Source of the DNA: Flectonema sp. DT1601
Lineage: Eukaryota
Length of the DNA stretch: 64,000 nt
Direction of reading: 5' to 3'
Assembly: GCA_964019425.1 (NCBI GenBank)
Contig: OZ025780.1
Coordinates: 1,612,001-1,676,000, forward strand
Every line of letters starts with the position of its first letter. Position 1 is the stretch's first letter. A program made the position numbers and the translations under genes. This document shows, in pieces, positions 10,042 to 21,206 of this stretch. A model generated the notes under the pieces. The model did no database searches and had not been told where the DNA came from. It was given only the letters and a program-made list of their open reading frames with translations.

Positions 10042-12793
10042 TTATTATTCTTTTTTCTCTCTTTTTCTCTTCTGTTAAACTATTTCGTCTCTTTCCCCGT
10101 TGGTGTCACGTCGGTCGGAAACTGGTCCGACACAATCCCTGCCCGCGGAAGTTATCTGCATGCATTCACAGTGTAGATATTTCTTTGTGGATTTCCCTCC
10201 TCTCAATCAAATTGAGAGGATTTCCCTCCTCTCAATCAAATTGCCCCTCTTTGTTCCTTTGAGCGATAATTCGATTCACTCTCCTTCAAGGGACCTTTTC
10301 TTCGATTTACAACTCCAAATATATTTTCCCCAGTTAACTTGAAGTTAATTTTGAATTTATTTTGAAAAGATTAATTATGATGTAAATTCCTTTATGTCGT
10401 CCAGATTTCGAAAACTTAACTGGCCATCGATAACCATTGGAGAGGTCACTTTTGTTTTTGTTTTGTTTTTGTTTCTCGCTTGTTATTCGCTCATCAGATT
10501 CCACATCACGCAGGGGATTGTTAGTTATTGGGTTTGGATTTTTTTTTATTTTTTTTATTTGCTTCACCAGACTGAGCGTTTTCGTTGTCAACTTGCAAAG
10601 GAGAGCCAAGAAGAATAAAAATAAAAAAGGAAGACGGTAAATTCTAATCTAAATGAAAAATCAATTAAGTTACCTCCGATCACTGTCTACTTTATTATTT
10701 TTATTAATTTGTTGGTAACTCTCTTGAGATAAGTCTCTTTGTGTGTTAGATGAAGCAACCGAAATAATTTAATACGTAGCAGTATTAATCCTTATTCTTA
10801 TAAATAAATAACATAAAGTTCCTGATGTTGTTATTCTCCTTCCTTTTGCTCAATTTAATATAAAATATACCTCAGCTTGTTATCGACGTGTTCTTCTCCC
10901 CTTTTAGAGACTTTAGTCAACTGTATCTTAACTATCGTTTATGTTAGTTAACTCTGGAACAATACAGATATTTATTTCTTCGTAAATATATTCTTTTATT
11001 TGAAATTAAGAAAACTAATCATGTCGACTGAGTTAAGCCAATCATCTGAGTTGACATGATTCTCGAAAAGAAAAAAATAGTTTAATGTCGTGTTATAAAA
11101 CGTAGGCCGATGTTTTTCTTTTTCTTTATTTGACGTTTTTTCGTTTTATTTTCGTTCTTTTACATTTTCATCTCTAGTATTTCCAAATTAGATTGTTTGA
11201 CGGTTGTTGTTTGTGTGCTGCTAATGTTAATCTGGTTAACGTTTCCTGAACTAGTTTCAGTTCACTGACATCCGCAGACTTATCGAGTCTCAGCAATATT
11301 TCAGTTGTTGGAGATGTATCAAGTTACCCCCCGCCTTTTATTCTTCTAAACGAAGGTTTTCTTTAATTACCAACTACAGCTTTCAGATACCTGGATATTG
11401 GTTTCGTATTAAAGTTAGAAACATTCTACGTGTGCTCCACTTTTTACTTTGGTTACTAACATCACAACCGTTATTTGTTTGTTATCTTGCGAACCTTTGC
11501 ATTTTTTTTTTTTTTTTTTTGATTTCCTTTAAAATTTATTTAATAAGTCTCTTATCGTCTGTGAGAGTCTCACGGTTGCTGGTAGCGATATAACTGTTAC
11601 CCTGTGAGCTTTTTCCTGGCTTTTGGCTTCCTAGGCTTCGTAAATAAATAAATAAGAAAAATAAATAAATTTTTATAACATCATACTTTTGTGGAAAAAA
11701 AAAAAAAAAAGAATTAATTATTCTAAATTTATTTAGGTTAGCTGGTAGCGATCTAATCTGTTACTATGTTGAGCTTTTCATCAATTTTTGGCTCCCTAAG
11801 TAAATGAAGTAATTTATTCCGAATTTTCTTTTTGAAATTAGTTTTTGATCAAGGTAATTATAATCGTTTATGTTAGTTAACTCTGGGACAATACGGATAT
11901 TTATTTCTTCGTGAATATGTTCAAACATCACAATCCCTCCTTTCGATTAAGCCGCTTCTCGATACACGAGAAATGAGAAAAGGAAAAGGAAACATCTAAA
12001 ATAGCAGAGTAGTAAAGCTAATGTTAACTTGTGTGTTGAAATCTCTCTTTTTTTAAAATTTCGTTGTTTTCTGCCTTCTTATGGGTGAGCTAGTCCTCAT
12101 CTTTAACTTTGGCTGTCGTTGTTTCGCTCAGTTGTGATCTTGTCTTTCCTTGAACGCTCCCTATCTCTCTCTCTAATTAGTTCCCTTCTTTCTGAGGAAC
12201 CGCCACCTTTCATCAACATGATAAAACTCGTTGTTTGTACCGCCTATTGGAGGTACTATATTTCCCAACAATCCATGCCGAGTCTTCGGAAACGGCTACG
12301 GATTGGGTCCTCTGTTACTTTGAGTAACACAGCACTCATAATATACAGTAATGTTGGATTAAAAAAACTAACTTTCCCTTTTTTTTTTATTGGGAATCTC
12401 CCTTTTCGGAAGAAAAAAAGAAAAGAAAAGAAAAGAAAAAGACATCTGTGGAGGTGTCCATTGATAACTAACTTCTGTTTTTGGAGTACAAACTTTGAGT
12501 TAGATTCTCAACTGGTTGGAATCCAAAGTATGTGCTCTTTACGTTTCATTACAGTATCAAGTTGCCTCTATCTCTTTACTGTTGTTTAGGATTACCTATA
12601 TCAGTCTTTGTACTGTAGTGATGTTCACCTTAGTAGTAATATACACATCTCTTCACAAACAGGAATACAAGGTATCGCATGATAGATGATCGTCTTTTGT
12701 TTAATAGTTGTCACAGTTCAGAAATTCATCACTTTCCATCTTCTCTGTAGTTTAGTTTTTAAAACTTTCCAAAACTTTCTAAAACTTTTTAAT

Positions 12794-13261
12794 ATGTCCA
12801 CCGAAAAGAGTGCGATCAACACCCAGGAGTACCAGGGATACCAAGAGCATGTTTATCCAGCTCCTGTAGGAGGACAGCCAGTTGGTCAGACTGTGGTCGT
12901 TGTTGAGGAGAGAGATGATTTTGTACCTGCCTGCATGGGAACAGGCTTTTGCGGTTTAGTGGGACTTTGTTTCTTCGGATGTTGCTGCAACACTCCAACG
13001 GGTAGAGTTGGTGCTGCTACTGGATGCATTATCAATGGTAGTATTGCTTTTATTTTGTACTTCGTTTTGATGCTTGTCTACGTGCAAGACTGTGACGACA
13101 GTGGATCTGATAGTGGAGTTTGCGCACTGCCGATGATGAAATCCTCTGGCATCCTTATTGCTGATATTATGATTGCTGGCATCGCCATCATTGCATCCGT
13201 CTTATTTCGTAGAAAGTACGCCAGTGAACTCCAACAAAGACAGAACGGAATGATTGTCTGA
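12794..13261 (+). CDS. NDFIP/Bsd2-like membrane protein, copy 4 (Y-X-Y mosaic)
   Basis: Intact ORF: FILYFVLMLVYVQ (Y) + DDSGSDSGVCALPMMKSSG (X) + ILIADIMIAGIA (Y). Confidence 0.85.
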   Translation: MSTEKSAINTQEYQGYQEHVYPAPVGGQPVGQTVVVVEERDDFVPACMGTGFCGLVGLCFFGCCCNTPTGRVGAATGCIINGSIAFILYFVLMLVYVQDCDDSGSDSGVCALPMMKSSGILIADIMIAGIAIIASVLFRRKYASELQQRQNGMIV

Positions 13262-13305
13262 TTATTATTCTTTTTTCTCTCTTTTTCTCTTCTGTTAAAC
13301 TATTT

Positions 13306-13807
13306 TGGTCCGGCGCAGTTATGACCTTAAACTGACTGTCATCTTACCTGATCCTTTTGGTTTTCATTTCTTGCTGAGTGATATGGCTATGTGCTGCCCA
13401 AATCTTTTGTGGTACATTTCTAAAGCTTTTCGGTAAGCCCACAGTACACTTATAATGTTTTGGACAACTGGGGGTGAACGATCCTCGGTACTGTTCCGGG
13501 GGGTTCTATTTTCTTTCGTGGAGTGTGGGCATATGGCACATGTGGTCGTATTATAAAGAAAGATGTATATGAAAGAAAGAAGATTTTTATTTTTTTTCAC
13601 CTTCCCCCCACTCCCAGATCGTTTCTCTTTTATTTTCTTTTGTTGTTTACAACCTGTTAGCCTCTGGGCAAGGTGGAGGCTGGAAGTCGATCACTTCCAG
13701 CCAATACTATGAAACTACAATCTTCGCGATTGGGTCCTTACTGATGCGGGCTACCCAGACCCCTCGTAGTCATCAGTTTGTATTTTGCTAACTAAACTAA
13801 ACTCTTT
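13306..13807. mobile_element. 502-bp copy-specific insertion, SINE/non-LTR-fragment-like, with strong hairpins and a taac/taaac tail
   Basis: Empty site taaactattt|cgtctc at ~2986 and 10086. Flanked by taaactattt (13296-13305) and taaactcttt (13798-13807), a 9/10 direct repeat. Ends gctaactaaactaaact. Confidence 0.75.
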
Positions 13808-16548
13808 CGTCTCTTTCCCCGTTGGTGTCACGTCGGTCGGAAACTGGTCCGACACAATCCCTGCCCGCGGAAGTTATCTGCATGCATTCACAGTGTAGAT
13901 ATTTCTTTGTGGATTTCCCTCCTCTCAATCAAATTGCCCCTCTTGTTCCTTTGAGCGATAATTCGATTCACTCTCCTTCAAGGGACCTTTTCTTCGATTT
14001 ACAACTCCAAATATATTTTCCCCAGTTAACTTGAAGTTAATTTTGTATTGATTTTGAGAACATTAATTATGATGTAAATTCCTTTATGTCGTCCAGATTT
14101 CGAAAACTTAACTGGCCATCGATAACCATTGGAGAGGTCACTTTTGTTTTTGTTTTGTTTTTGTTTCTCGCTTTTTATTCGCTCATCAGATTCCACATCA
14201 CGCAAGGGATTTTTAGTTATTGGATTTGGATTTGTTTTTATTTTTTTTATTTGCTTCACCAGACTGAGCGTTTTCGTTGTCAACTTGCAAAGGAGAGCCA
14301 AGAAAAATAAAAATAAAAAAGGAAGACGGTAAATTCTAATCTAAATGAAAAATCAATTAAGTTACCTCCGATCACTGTCTACTTTATTATTTTTATTAAT
14401 TTGTTGGTAACTCTCTTGAGATAAGTCTCTTTGTGTGTTAGATGAAGCAACCGAAATAATTTAATACGTAGCAGTATTAATCCTTATTCTTATAAATAAA
14501 TAACATAAAGTTCCTGATGTTGTTATTCTCCTTCCTTTTGCTCAATTTAATATAAAATATACCTCAGCTTGTTATCGACGTGTTCTTCTCCCCTTTTATA
14601 GACTTTAGTCAACTGTATCTTAACTATCGTTTATGTTAGTTAACTCTGGAACAATTCAGATATTTATTTCTTCGTAAATATATTCTTTTATTTGAAATTA
14701 AGAAAACTAATCATGTCGACTGAGTTAAGCCAATCATCTGAGTTGACATGATTCTCGAAAAGAAAAAAATAGTTTAATGTCGTTGGCGTTATAAAACGTA
14801 GGACGATGTTTTTCTTTTTCTTTATTTGACGTTTTTTTCGTTTTATTTTCGTTCTTTTGCATTTTCATCTCTAGTATTTCCAAAATAGATGTTTGACGGT
14901 TGTTGTTTGTGTGCTGCTAATGTTAATCTGGTTAACGTTTCCTGAACTAGTTTCAGTTCACTGACATCCGCAGACTTATCGAGTCTCAGCAATATTTCAG
15001 TTGTTGGAGATGTATCAAGTTACCCCCCGCCTTTTATTCTTCTAAACGAAAGTTTTCTTTAATTACCAACTACAGCTTTCAGATACCTGGATATTGGTTT
15101 CGTATTAAAGTTAGAAACATTCTACGTGTGCTCCACTTTTTACTTTGGTTACTAACGTCACAACCGTTATTTGTTTGTTATCCTGCGAACCTTTGCATTT
15201 TTTTTTTTTTTTTTTGATTTCCTTTAAAATTTATTTAATAAGTCTCTTATCGTCTGTGAGAGTCTCACGGTTGCTGGTAGCGATATAACTGTTACCCTGT
15301 GAGCTTTTTCCTGGCTTTTGGCTTCCTAGGCTTCGTAAATAAATAAATAAGAAAAATAAATAAATTTTTATAACATCATACTTTTTATAATTTTTCTAAA
15401 TTTATTTAGGTTAGCTGGTAGCGATCTAATCTGTTACTATGTTGAGCTTTTCATGAAAAAAAAAAAAAGGAATTAAATTTTCTAAATTTATTTAGGTTAG
15501 CTGGTAGCGATCTAATCTGTTACTATGTTGAGCTTTTTCATCAATTTTTGGCTCCCTAAATAAATGAAGTAATTTATTCCGAATTTTCTTTTTGAAATTA
15601 GTTTTTAATCAAGGTAATTATAATCGTTTATGTTAGTTAACTCTGGGACAATACAGATATTTATTTCTTCGTGAATATGTTCAAACATCACAATCCCTCC
15701 TTTCGATTAAGCCGCTTCTCGATACACGAGAAATGAGAAAAGGAAAAGGAAACATCTAAAATAGCAGAGTAGTAAAGCTAATGTTAACTTGTGTGTTGAA
15801 ATCTCTCTTTTTTTAAAATTTCGTTGTTTTCTGACTTCTTATGGGTGAGCTAGTCCTCATCTTTAAACTTGGCTGTTGTTTCGCTCAGTTGTGATCTTGT
15901 CTTTCCTTGAACTCTCCCTATCTCTCTCTCTAATTAGTTCCCTTCTTTCTGAGGAACCGCCACCTTTCATCAACATGATAAAACTCGTTGTTTGTACCGC
16001 CTATTGGAGGTAACATATTTTCCAACAATCCATGCCGAGTCTTCGGAAACGGCTACGGATTGGGTCCTCTGTTACTTTGAGTAACACAGCACTCATAATA
16101 TACAGTAATGTTGGATTAAAAAAACTAACTTTCCCTTTTTTTTATTGGGAATCTCCCTTTTCGGAAGAAAAAAAGAAAAGAAAAGAAAAGAAAAAGACAT
16201 CTGTGGAGGTGTCCATTGATAACTAACTTCTGTTTTTGGAGTACAAACTTTGAGTTAGATTCTCAACTGGTTGGAATCCAAAGTATGTGCTCTTTACGTT
16301 TCACTACAGTATCAAGTTGCCTCTATCTCTTTACTGTTGTTTAGGATTACCTATATCAGTCTTTGTACTGTAGTGATGTTCACCTTAGTAGTAATATACA
16401 CATCTCTTCACAAACAGGAATACAAGGTATCGCATGATAGATGATCGTCTTTTGTTTAATAGTTGTCACAGTTCAGAAATTCATCACTTTCTATCTTCTC
16501 TGTAGTTTAGTTTTTAAAACTTTCCAAAACTTTCTAAAACTTTTTAAT

Positions 16549-17016
16549 ATGTCCACCGAAAAGAGTGCGATCAACACCCAGGAGTACCAGGGATACCCAG
16601 AGCATGTTTATCCAGCTCCTGTAGGAGGACAGCCAGTTGGTCAGACTGTAGTCGTTGTTGAGGAGAGAGATGATTTTGTATCTGCCTGCATGGGAACAAG
16701 TTTTTGTGGTTTGACGGGACTTTGTTTCTTCGGATGTTGCTGCAACACTCCAACGGGTAGAGTTGGTGCTGCTACTGGATGCATTATCAATGGTAGTATT
16801 GCTTTTATTTTGTACTTCGTTTTGATGCTTGTCTACGTGCAAGACTGTGACAACGGTGGATCTGATAGTGGAGTTTGCAAACTGCCGATGATGAGTTCCG
16901 TTGGCATCCTTATTGCTGATATTATCATTGCCGGCATCGCCGTCATTGCATCCGTCTTATTTCGTAGAAAGTACGTCAGAGAACTCCAACAAAGACAGAA
17001 CGGAATGATTGTCTGA
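16549..17016 (+). CDS. NDFIP/Bsd2-like membrane protein, copy 5 (type Y C-terminus)
   Basis: Intact 155-aa ORF from the MSTEK start. Confidence 0.85.
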   Translation: MSTEKSAINTQEYQGYPEHVYPAPVGGQPVGQTVVVVEERDDFVSACMGTSFCGLTGLCFFGCCCNTPTGRVGAATGCIINGSIAFILYFVLMLVYVQDCDNGGSDSGVCKLPMMSSVGILIADIIIAGIAVIASVLFRRKYVRELQQRQNGMIV

Positions 17017-17448
17017 TTATTATTCTTTTTTCTCCTTTTCTCTCTTTTTCTCTAAAAATATTGATGTTTTCTTTCTGTAAAATGAAAAAGAATAAACGAT
17101 TAGAATAAGGGTGAAGTGGGTTTTCTTTTCATTCTTTTATTTGAAATTAAGAAATCTAATCATGTCGACTAAGTTAGGCCAATCATCTGAGTTGACGTGA
17201 TTCTTGAAAAGAAAAATAGTTAAATGTCGTTGGCGTTGCAAAACGTAGGCCGATATTTTTCTTTTTCTTTATTTGACGTTTTTTCGTTTTATTTTCGTTC
17301 TTTTACATGTTCATCTCTAGCCTCTCCAAATTAGATTGTTTGACGGTTGTTGTTTGTGTGCTGCTAATGTTAATCTGGTTAACGTTTCCTGAACTAGTTT
17401 CAGTTCACTGACATCCGCAGACTTATCGAGTCTCAGCAATATTTCAGT

Positions 17449-17818
17449 TGTAGTCGTTGTTGAGGAGAGAGATGATTTTGTATCTGCCTGCATGGGAACA
17501 AGTTTTTGTGGTTTGACGGGACTTTGTTTCTTCGGATGTTGCTGCAACACTCCTACGGGTAGAGTTGGTGCTGCTACTGGATGCATTATCAATGGTAGTA
17601 TTGCTTTGATTTTGTGGTTTGTTTTGATGCTTGTCTACGTGCAAGACTGTGACAACGGTGGATCTGATAGTGGAGTTTGCAAACTGCCGATGATGTGTTC
17701 CGTTGGCATCCTTATTGCTGATATTATCATTGCCGCCATCGCCGTCATTGCATCCGTCTTATTTCGTAGAAAGTACGTCAGTGAACTCCAACAAAGACAG
17801 AACGGAATGATTGTCTGA
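17449..17818 (+). pseudogene. 5'-truncated membrane-protein gene copy (X/Y mosaic), still open from ATG 17492 (108 aa)
   Basis: Same fusion junction as the 6862 copy. LILWFVLM (X) followed by LVYVQDCDNGG (Y). No internal stop. Confidence 0.7.
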
Positions 17819-20139
17819 TTATTCTTTTTCTCCTTTTCTCTCTTTTTCTCTTCTTGATGTTTTCTTTCTGTAAAATGAAAAAGAATAAACGATTAAAATC
17901 AGGGTGAAGTGGGTTTTCTTTTCATTCTTTTATTTGAAATTAAGAAATCTAATCATGTCGGCGAAGTTAGGCCAATCATCTGAGTTGACGTGATTCTTGA
18001 AAAGAAAATTAGTTAAATATCGTTGGCGTTGCAAAACGTTGGCCGATATTTTTATTTTTTTATTTGACGTTTTTTCGTTTTGTTTTCGTTCTTTTACATG
18101 TTCATCTCTAGCCTCTCCAAATTAGATTGTTTGACGGTTGTTGTTTGTGTGCTGCTAATGTTAATCTGGTTAACGTTTCCTGAACTAGTTTCAGTTCACT
18201 GACATCCGCAGACTTATCGAGTCTCAGCAATATTTCAGTTGTTGGAGATTTATTTCTTTTTTGGTGTTTATCCACCCCCTCTCTATTGGTATCAAGTTAC
18301 CCCCCGCCTTTAATTCTTCTAAACGTAGCTTTTCTTTAATTACCAACTACAGTTTTCAGATTGCTGGATATTGGTTTCGTATTAAAGTTAGAAACATTCT
18401 ACGTGTGCTTCACTGATAGTGTGATCCGAACCAGTAAATAGTAACAACCATTACTTTTTCTTTGGTTGTTTCGTATCGTATTTAATTACTCCCTTTCTGT
18501 TTTTTAAATTCCTCTTTTGATTACGCGGATTAATCTCAAAGGCTTCCGAGGGAAGTTTCTAAAGAGATTGTTTGGTTAATTTCTTATTTGGACTCGTGGC
18601 TGTGAAACCTTCGTAGACATAATTGACGAATAGATACGAAGATGATACAAAAAAAAAAAAAACCCTGTCTCTGATTCCTTTCTCTCTCTTTTTTTATCTC
18701 TTCTCTTCTACTCTCGATTGTCTTCAGTTTCACGGGAAGTGACAACAGAAGGATGAGGATTAAAAGTATGCAAACATTGATGGAATCCGACACTGGGCAC
18801 CAGACATGACTTGGAGATAAACGTTCAGGTGTATGAGAAACTCATCATATTTATTATTTATTAGATTGTGATTTCGTTATAACATAAAGGAAATAATTGT
18901 TTCCCTTTTGTTCTCTACTTGTGGTTGTCTAATTTTAGTTTAATTTTGTCTTTCTTATCATTACTTTATTTCTTATTTTCTGATTGTGTGTTCTCCCTCT
19001 CTTTGACCAAAATTGGCGTTATCAGCCGCCACTAACACTGTCTGTCTATGTCTCTTATCGTCTGGTGAGAGTTTCACAGTTAGCTGGTAGCGATCTAATC
19101 TGTTATCATGTTAACTTCCTTGGCTTCGTAATTAAATAAAAGGAAATAAAAAAATATAAGGCATAACATCATACTTTTGTGAAAAAAAAAAAAAAAAAAA
19201 AAAGGAATTAATTTTTCTAAATTTATTTAGGTTAGCTGGTAGCGATCTAATCTGTTACTAAGTTGAGCTTTTCATCAATTTTTGGCTCCCTAAGTAAATG
19301 AAGTAATTTATTCCGAATTTTCTTTTTGAAATTAGTTTTTAATCAAGGTAATTATAATCGTTTATGTTAGTTAACTCTGGGACAATACAGATATTTATTT
19401 CTTCGTGAATATGTTCAAACATCACAATCCCTCCTTTCGATTAAGCCGCTTCTCGATACACGAGAAATGAGAAAAGGAAAAGGAAACATCTAAAATAGCA
19501 GAGTAGTAAAGCTAATGTTAACTTGTGTGTTGAAATCTCTCTTTTTTAAAATTTCGTTGCTTTCTGCCTTCTTATGGGTGAGCTAGTCCGCTTCTTTAAC
19601 CTTGGCTGTCGTTGTTTCGCTCAGTTGTGATCTTGTCTTTCCTTGAACTCTCCCTATCTCTCTCTCTAATTAGTTCCCTTCTTTCTGAGGAACCGCCACC
19701 TTTCATCAACATGATGAAACTCGTTGTTTGTACCGCCTATTGGAGGTACTATATTTCCCAACAATCCATGCCGAGTCTTCGGAAACGGCTACGGATTGGG
19801 TCCTCTGTTACTTTGAGTAACACAGCACTCATAATATACAGTAATGTTGGATTATATAACTAACTTTCCCTTTTTTTTGCATTCGATTGAATTTTCCCGC
19901 CCTCTCCCTTCTTTTGACTGATAACCATTAATACTAACTTCCCATTTCTTTGGGAATCTCCCTTTTTCCGGAAAAAAAAGACATCCGCGGGAATTGAACT
20001 GGTACAGTTTACCTCATCTCAAAGAGGGTGTCCCTTTCGGAATTGGTCTTTGAACTGTTGTTTTTTGTGAAAGTGTGAGAGTTATGAATTTCTTTCTCTT
20101 AATAAAAAACAGTAACCTAACAACCGAAAAAACTATAAA

Positions 20140-20568
20140 ATGGGAAGAAGAGGAGGAGGAGGATCTCGTTCGCCACCACGTCGTCCAGCACCACCACCAA
20201 GACACGCTGCACCACCACCCAGACAGGCTCCTCCACCAGTGCAGCAACATGCAGCACCAGCACCAGCCCCGAGTTCAGGTATGGGTGGAGGTATGGGTGG
20301 CATGTTGATGCAAGGAGCTGCGTTGGGAGCTGGTAGTGCTGTTGGTCACATGGCGGTAAGTTCTATGTTTGGTGGAGGCGGCGGAGGTCACCAGCAGGCA
20401 CCACCTCCACAACAAGAAGCAGCACCAGTTCAAGGAACAACCAATTACTGTCAGGAATATGATCAAATGTTTCAACGATGCATGGCAAACAGCAACAACG
20501 ACATGGACAACTGCAACCTCGTCTACAAAGACCTTGAAACTTGCAGAAGACAGTACGGAATGATGTAA
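20140..20568 (+). CDS. CHCHD2: CHCHD2/CHCHD10/Mic17-like mitochondrial twin CX9C protein
   Basis: Arg/Pro-rich N-terminus, GAALGAGSAVGHMAV hydrophobic motif, C-terminal CX9C-X10-CX9C. Confidence 0.9.
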   Translation: MGRRGGGGSRSPPRRPAPPPRHAAPPPRQAPPPVQQHAAPAPAPSSGMGGGMGGMLMQGAALGAGSAVGHMAVSSMFGGGGGGHQQAPPPQQEAAPVQGTTNYCQEYDQMFQRCMANSNNDMDNCNLVYKDLETCRRQYGMM

Positions 20569-21174
20569 ATCAACTTCATTCTATTTCTGTATCATATTAT
20601 AAATATAACCTTGTTAAGTGTAGTGTAACCAGTTTATTAACACAACGGCTTAAGCTATCCGGGCGTTGATATTAATTTACTAATTCTTTTCCAAAAAAAA
20701 AAAAAAAAAAAAAAGAAGAATATCACAGCACCTCAAAAAGGGCTGTTCATATTCCTGTTTTTGTTGTACCTTCTTTCTCTCTGTGTTCTCTGGGTCATTC
20801 TGATGATCAGTTATCCCCTTATGGTAGTTTAAAGTGGAAGTGACTGTTGCGTTTTACTGTCACACTGCGTGTTCTTTTCTGGTTAAAGTGTAGTCTCATG
20901 ATTACCTGCGATCACTATTTCAATTGTAAGCTGTATGAGTGTCTGCAGCTGTCGTGTCAAACAGTTCCACTTTCCATCCCTGCCCGTTCCCTTTTTTTTT
21001 TTAAAGTTTATTTTTCATGGGTGTTGGATTTTAAAAAAGACAAAAAATACTATTACATAATTTGCTTATTAATATAATTCTTTTTTTTTGAAAAAAACAG
21101 CAACGTAATATTTACAAATTGAATGTTCGGAATAAAAGTCACACACACGCACACACTGTCTAAATATAATTAAA

Positions 21175-21192
21175 TTTTCTTTTCCTTTATAG
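21175..21192 (+). promoter_or_regulatory. Putative trans-splice acceptor (pyrimidine tract + AG) upstream of myosin; similar sites end at 2430, 26200, 31251, 42269, 59204, 62315
   Basis: ttttcttttcctttatAG ends 15 nt before the ATG. The pattern recurs shortly upstream of most start codons. Confidence 0.45.
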
Positions 21193-21206
21193 GTGTAAAG
21201 TATATA

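Larger units (their letters stand above)
1..19990 (+). repeat. Modular tandem array of a small membrane-protein gene with shuffled intergenic modules; higher-order duplication of ~2985-9000 at ~13808-19870
   Basis: Near-identical blocks recur, e.g. cgtctctttccccgttggtgtcacg at ~846, 2986, 10086, 13808 and ttatgggtgagctagtc upstream of each gene copy. Bases 1-40 match the 3' flank of the gene, so the array probably continues left of the window. Confidence 0.95.

Noticed and set aside
13340..13352. atcttacctg resembling the U1 snRNA 5' end
   Set aside because: No U1 stem-loops or Sm site recognised, and it lies inside an insertion.
13731..13763. Hammerhead-like GGGUC..CUGAUGC..AGACCC in the insertion
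   Set aside because: The core deviates (CUGAUGC, no GAAA after stem II) and stem I cannot form, so a ribozyme is not supportable.
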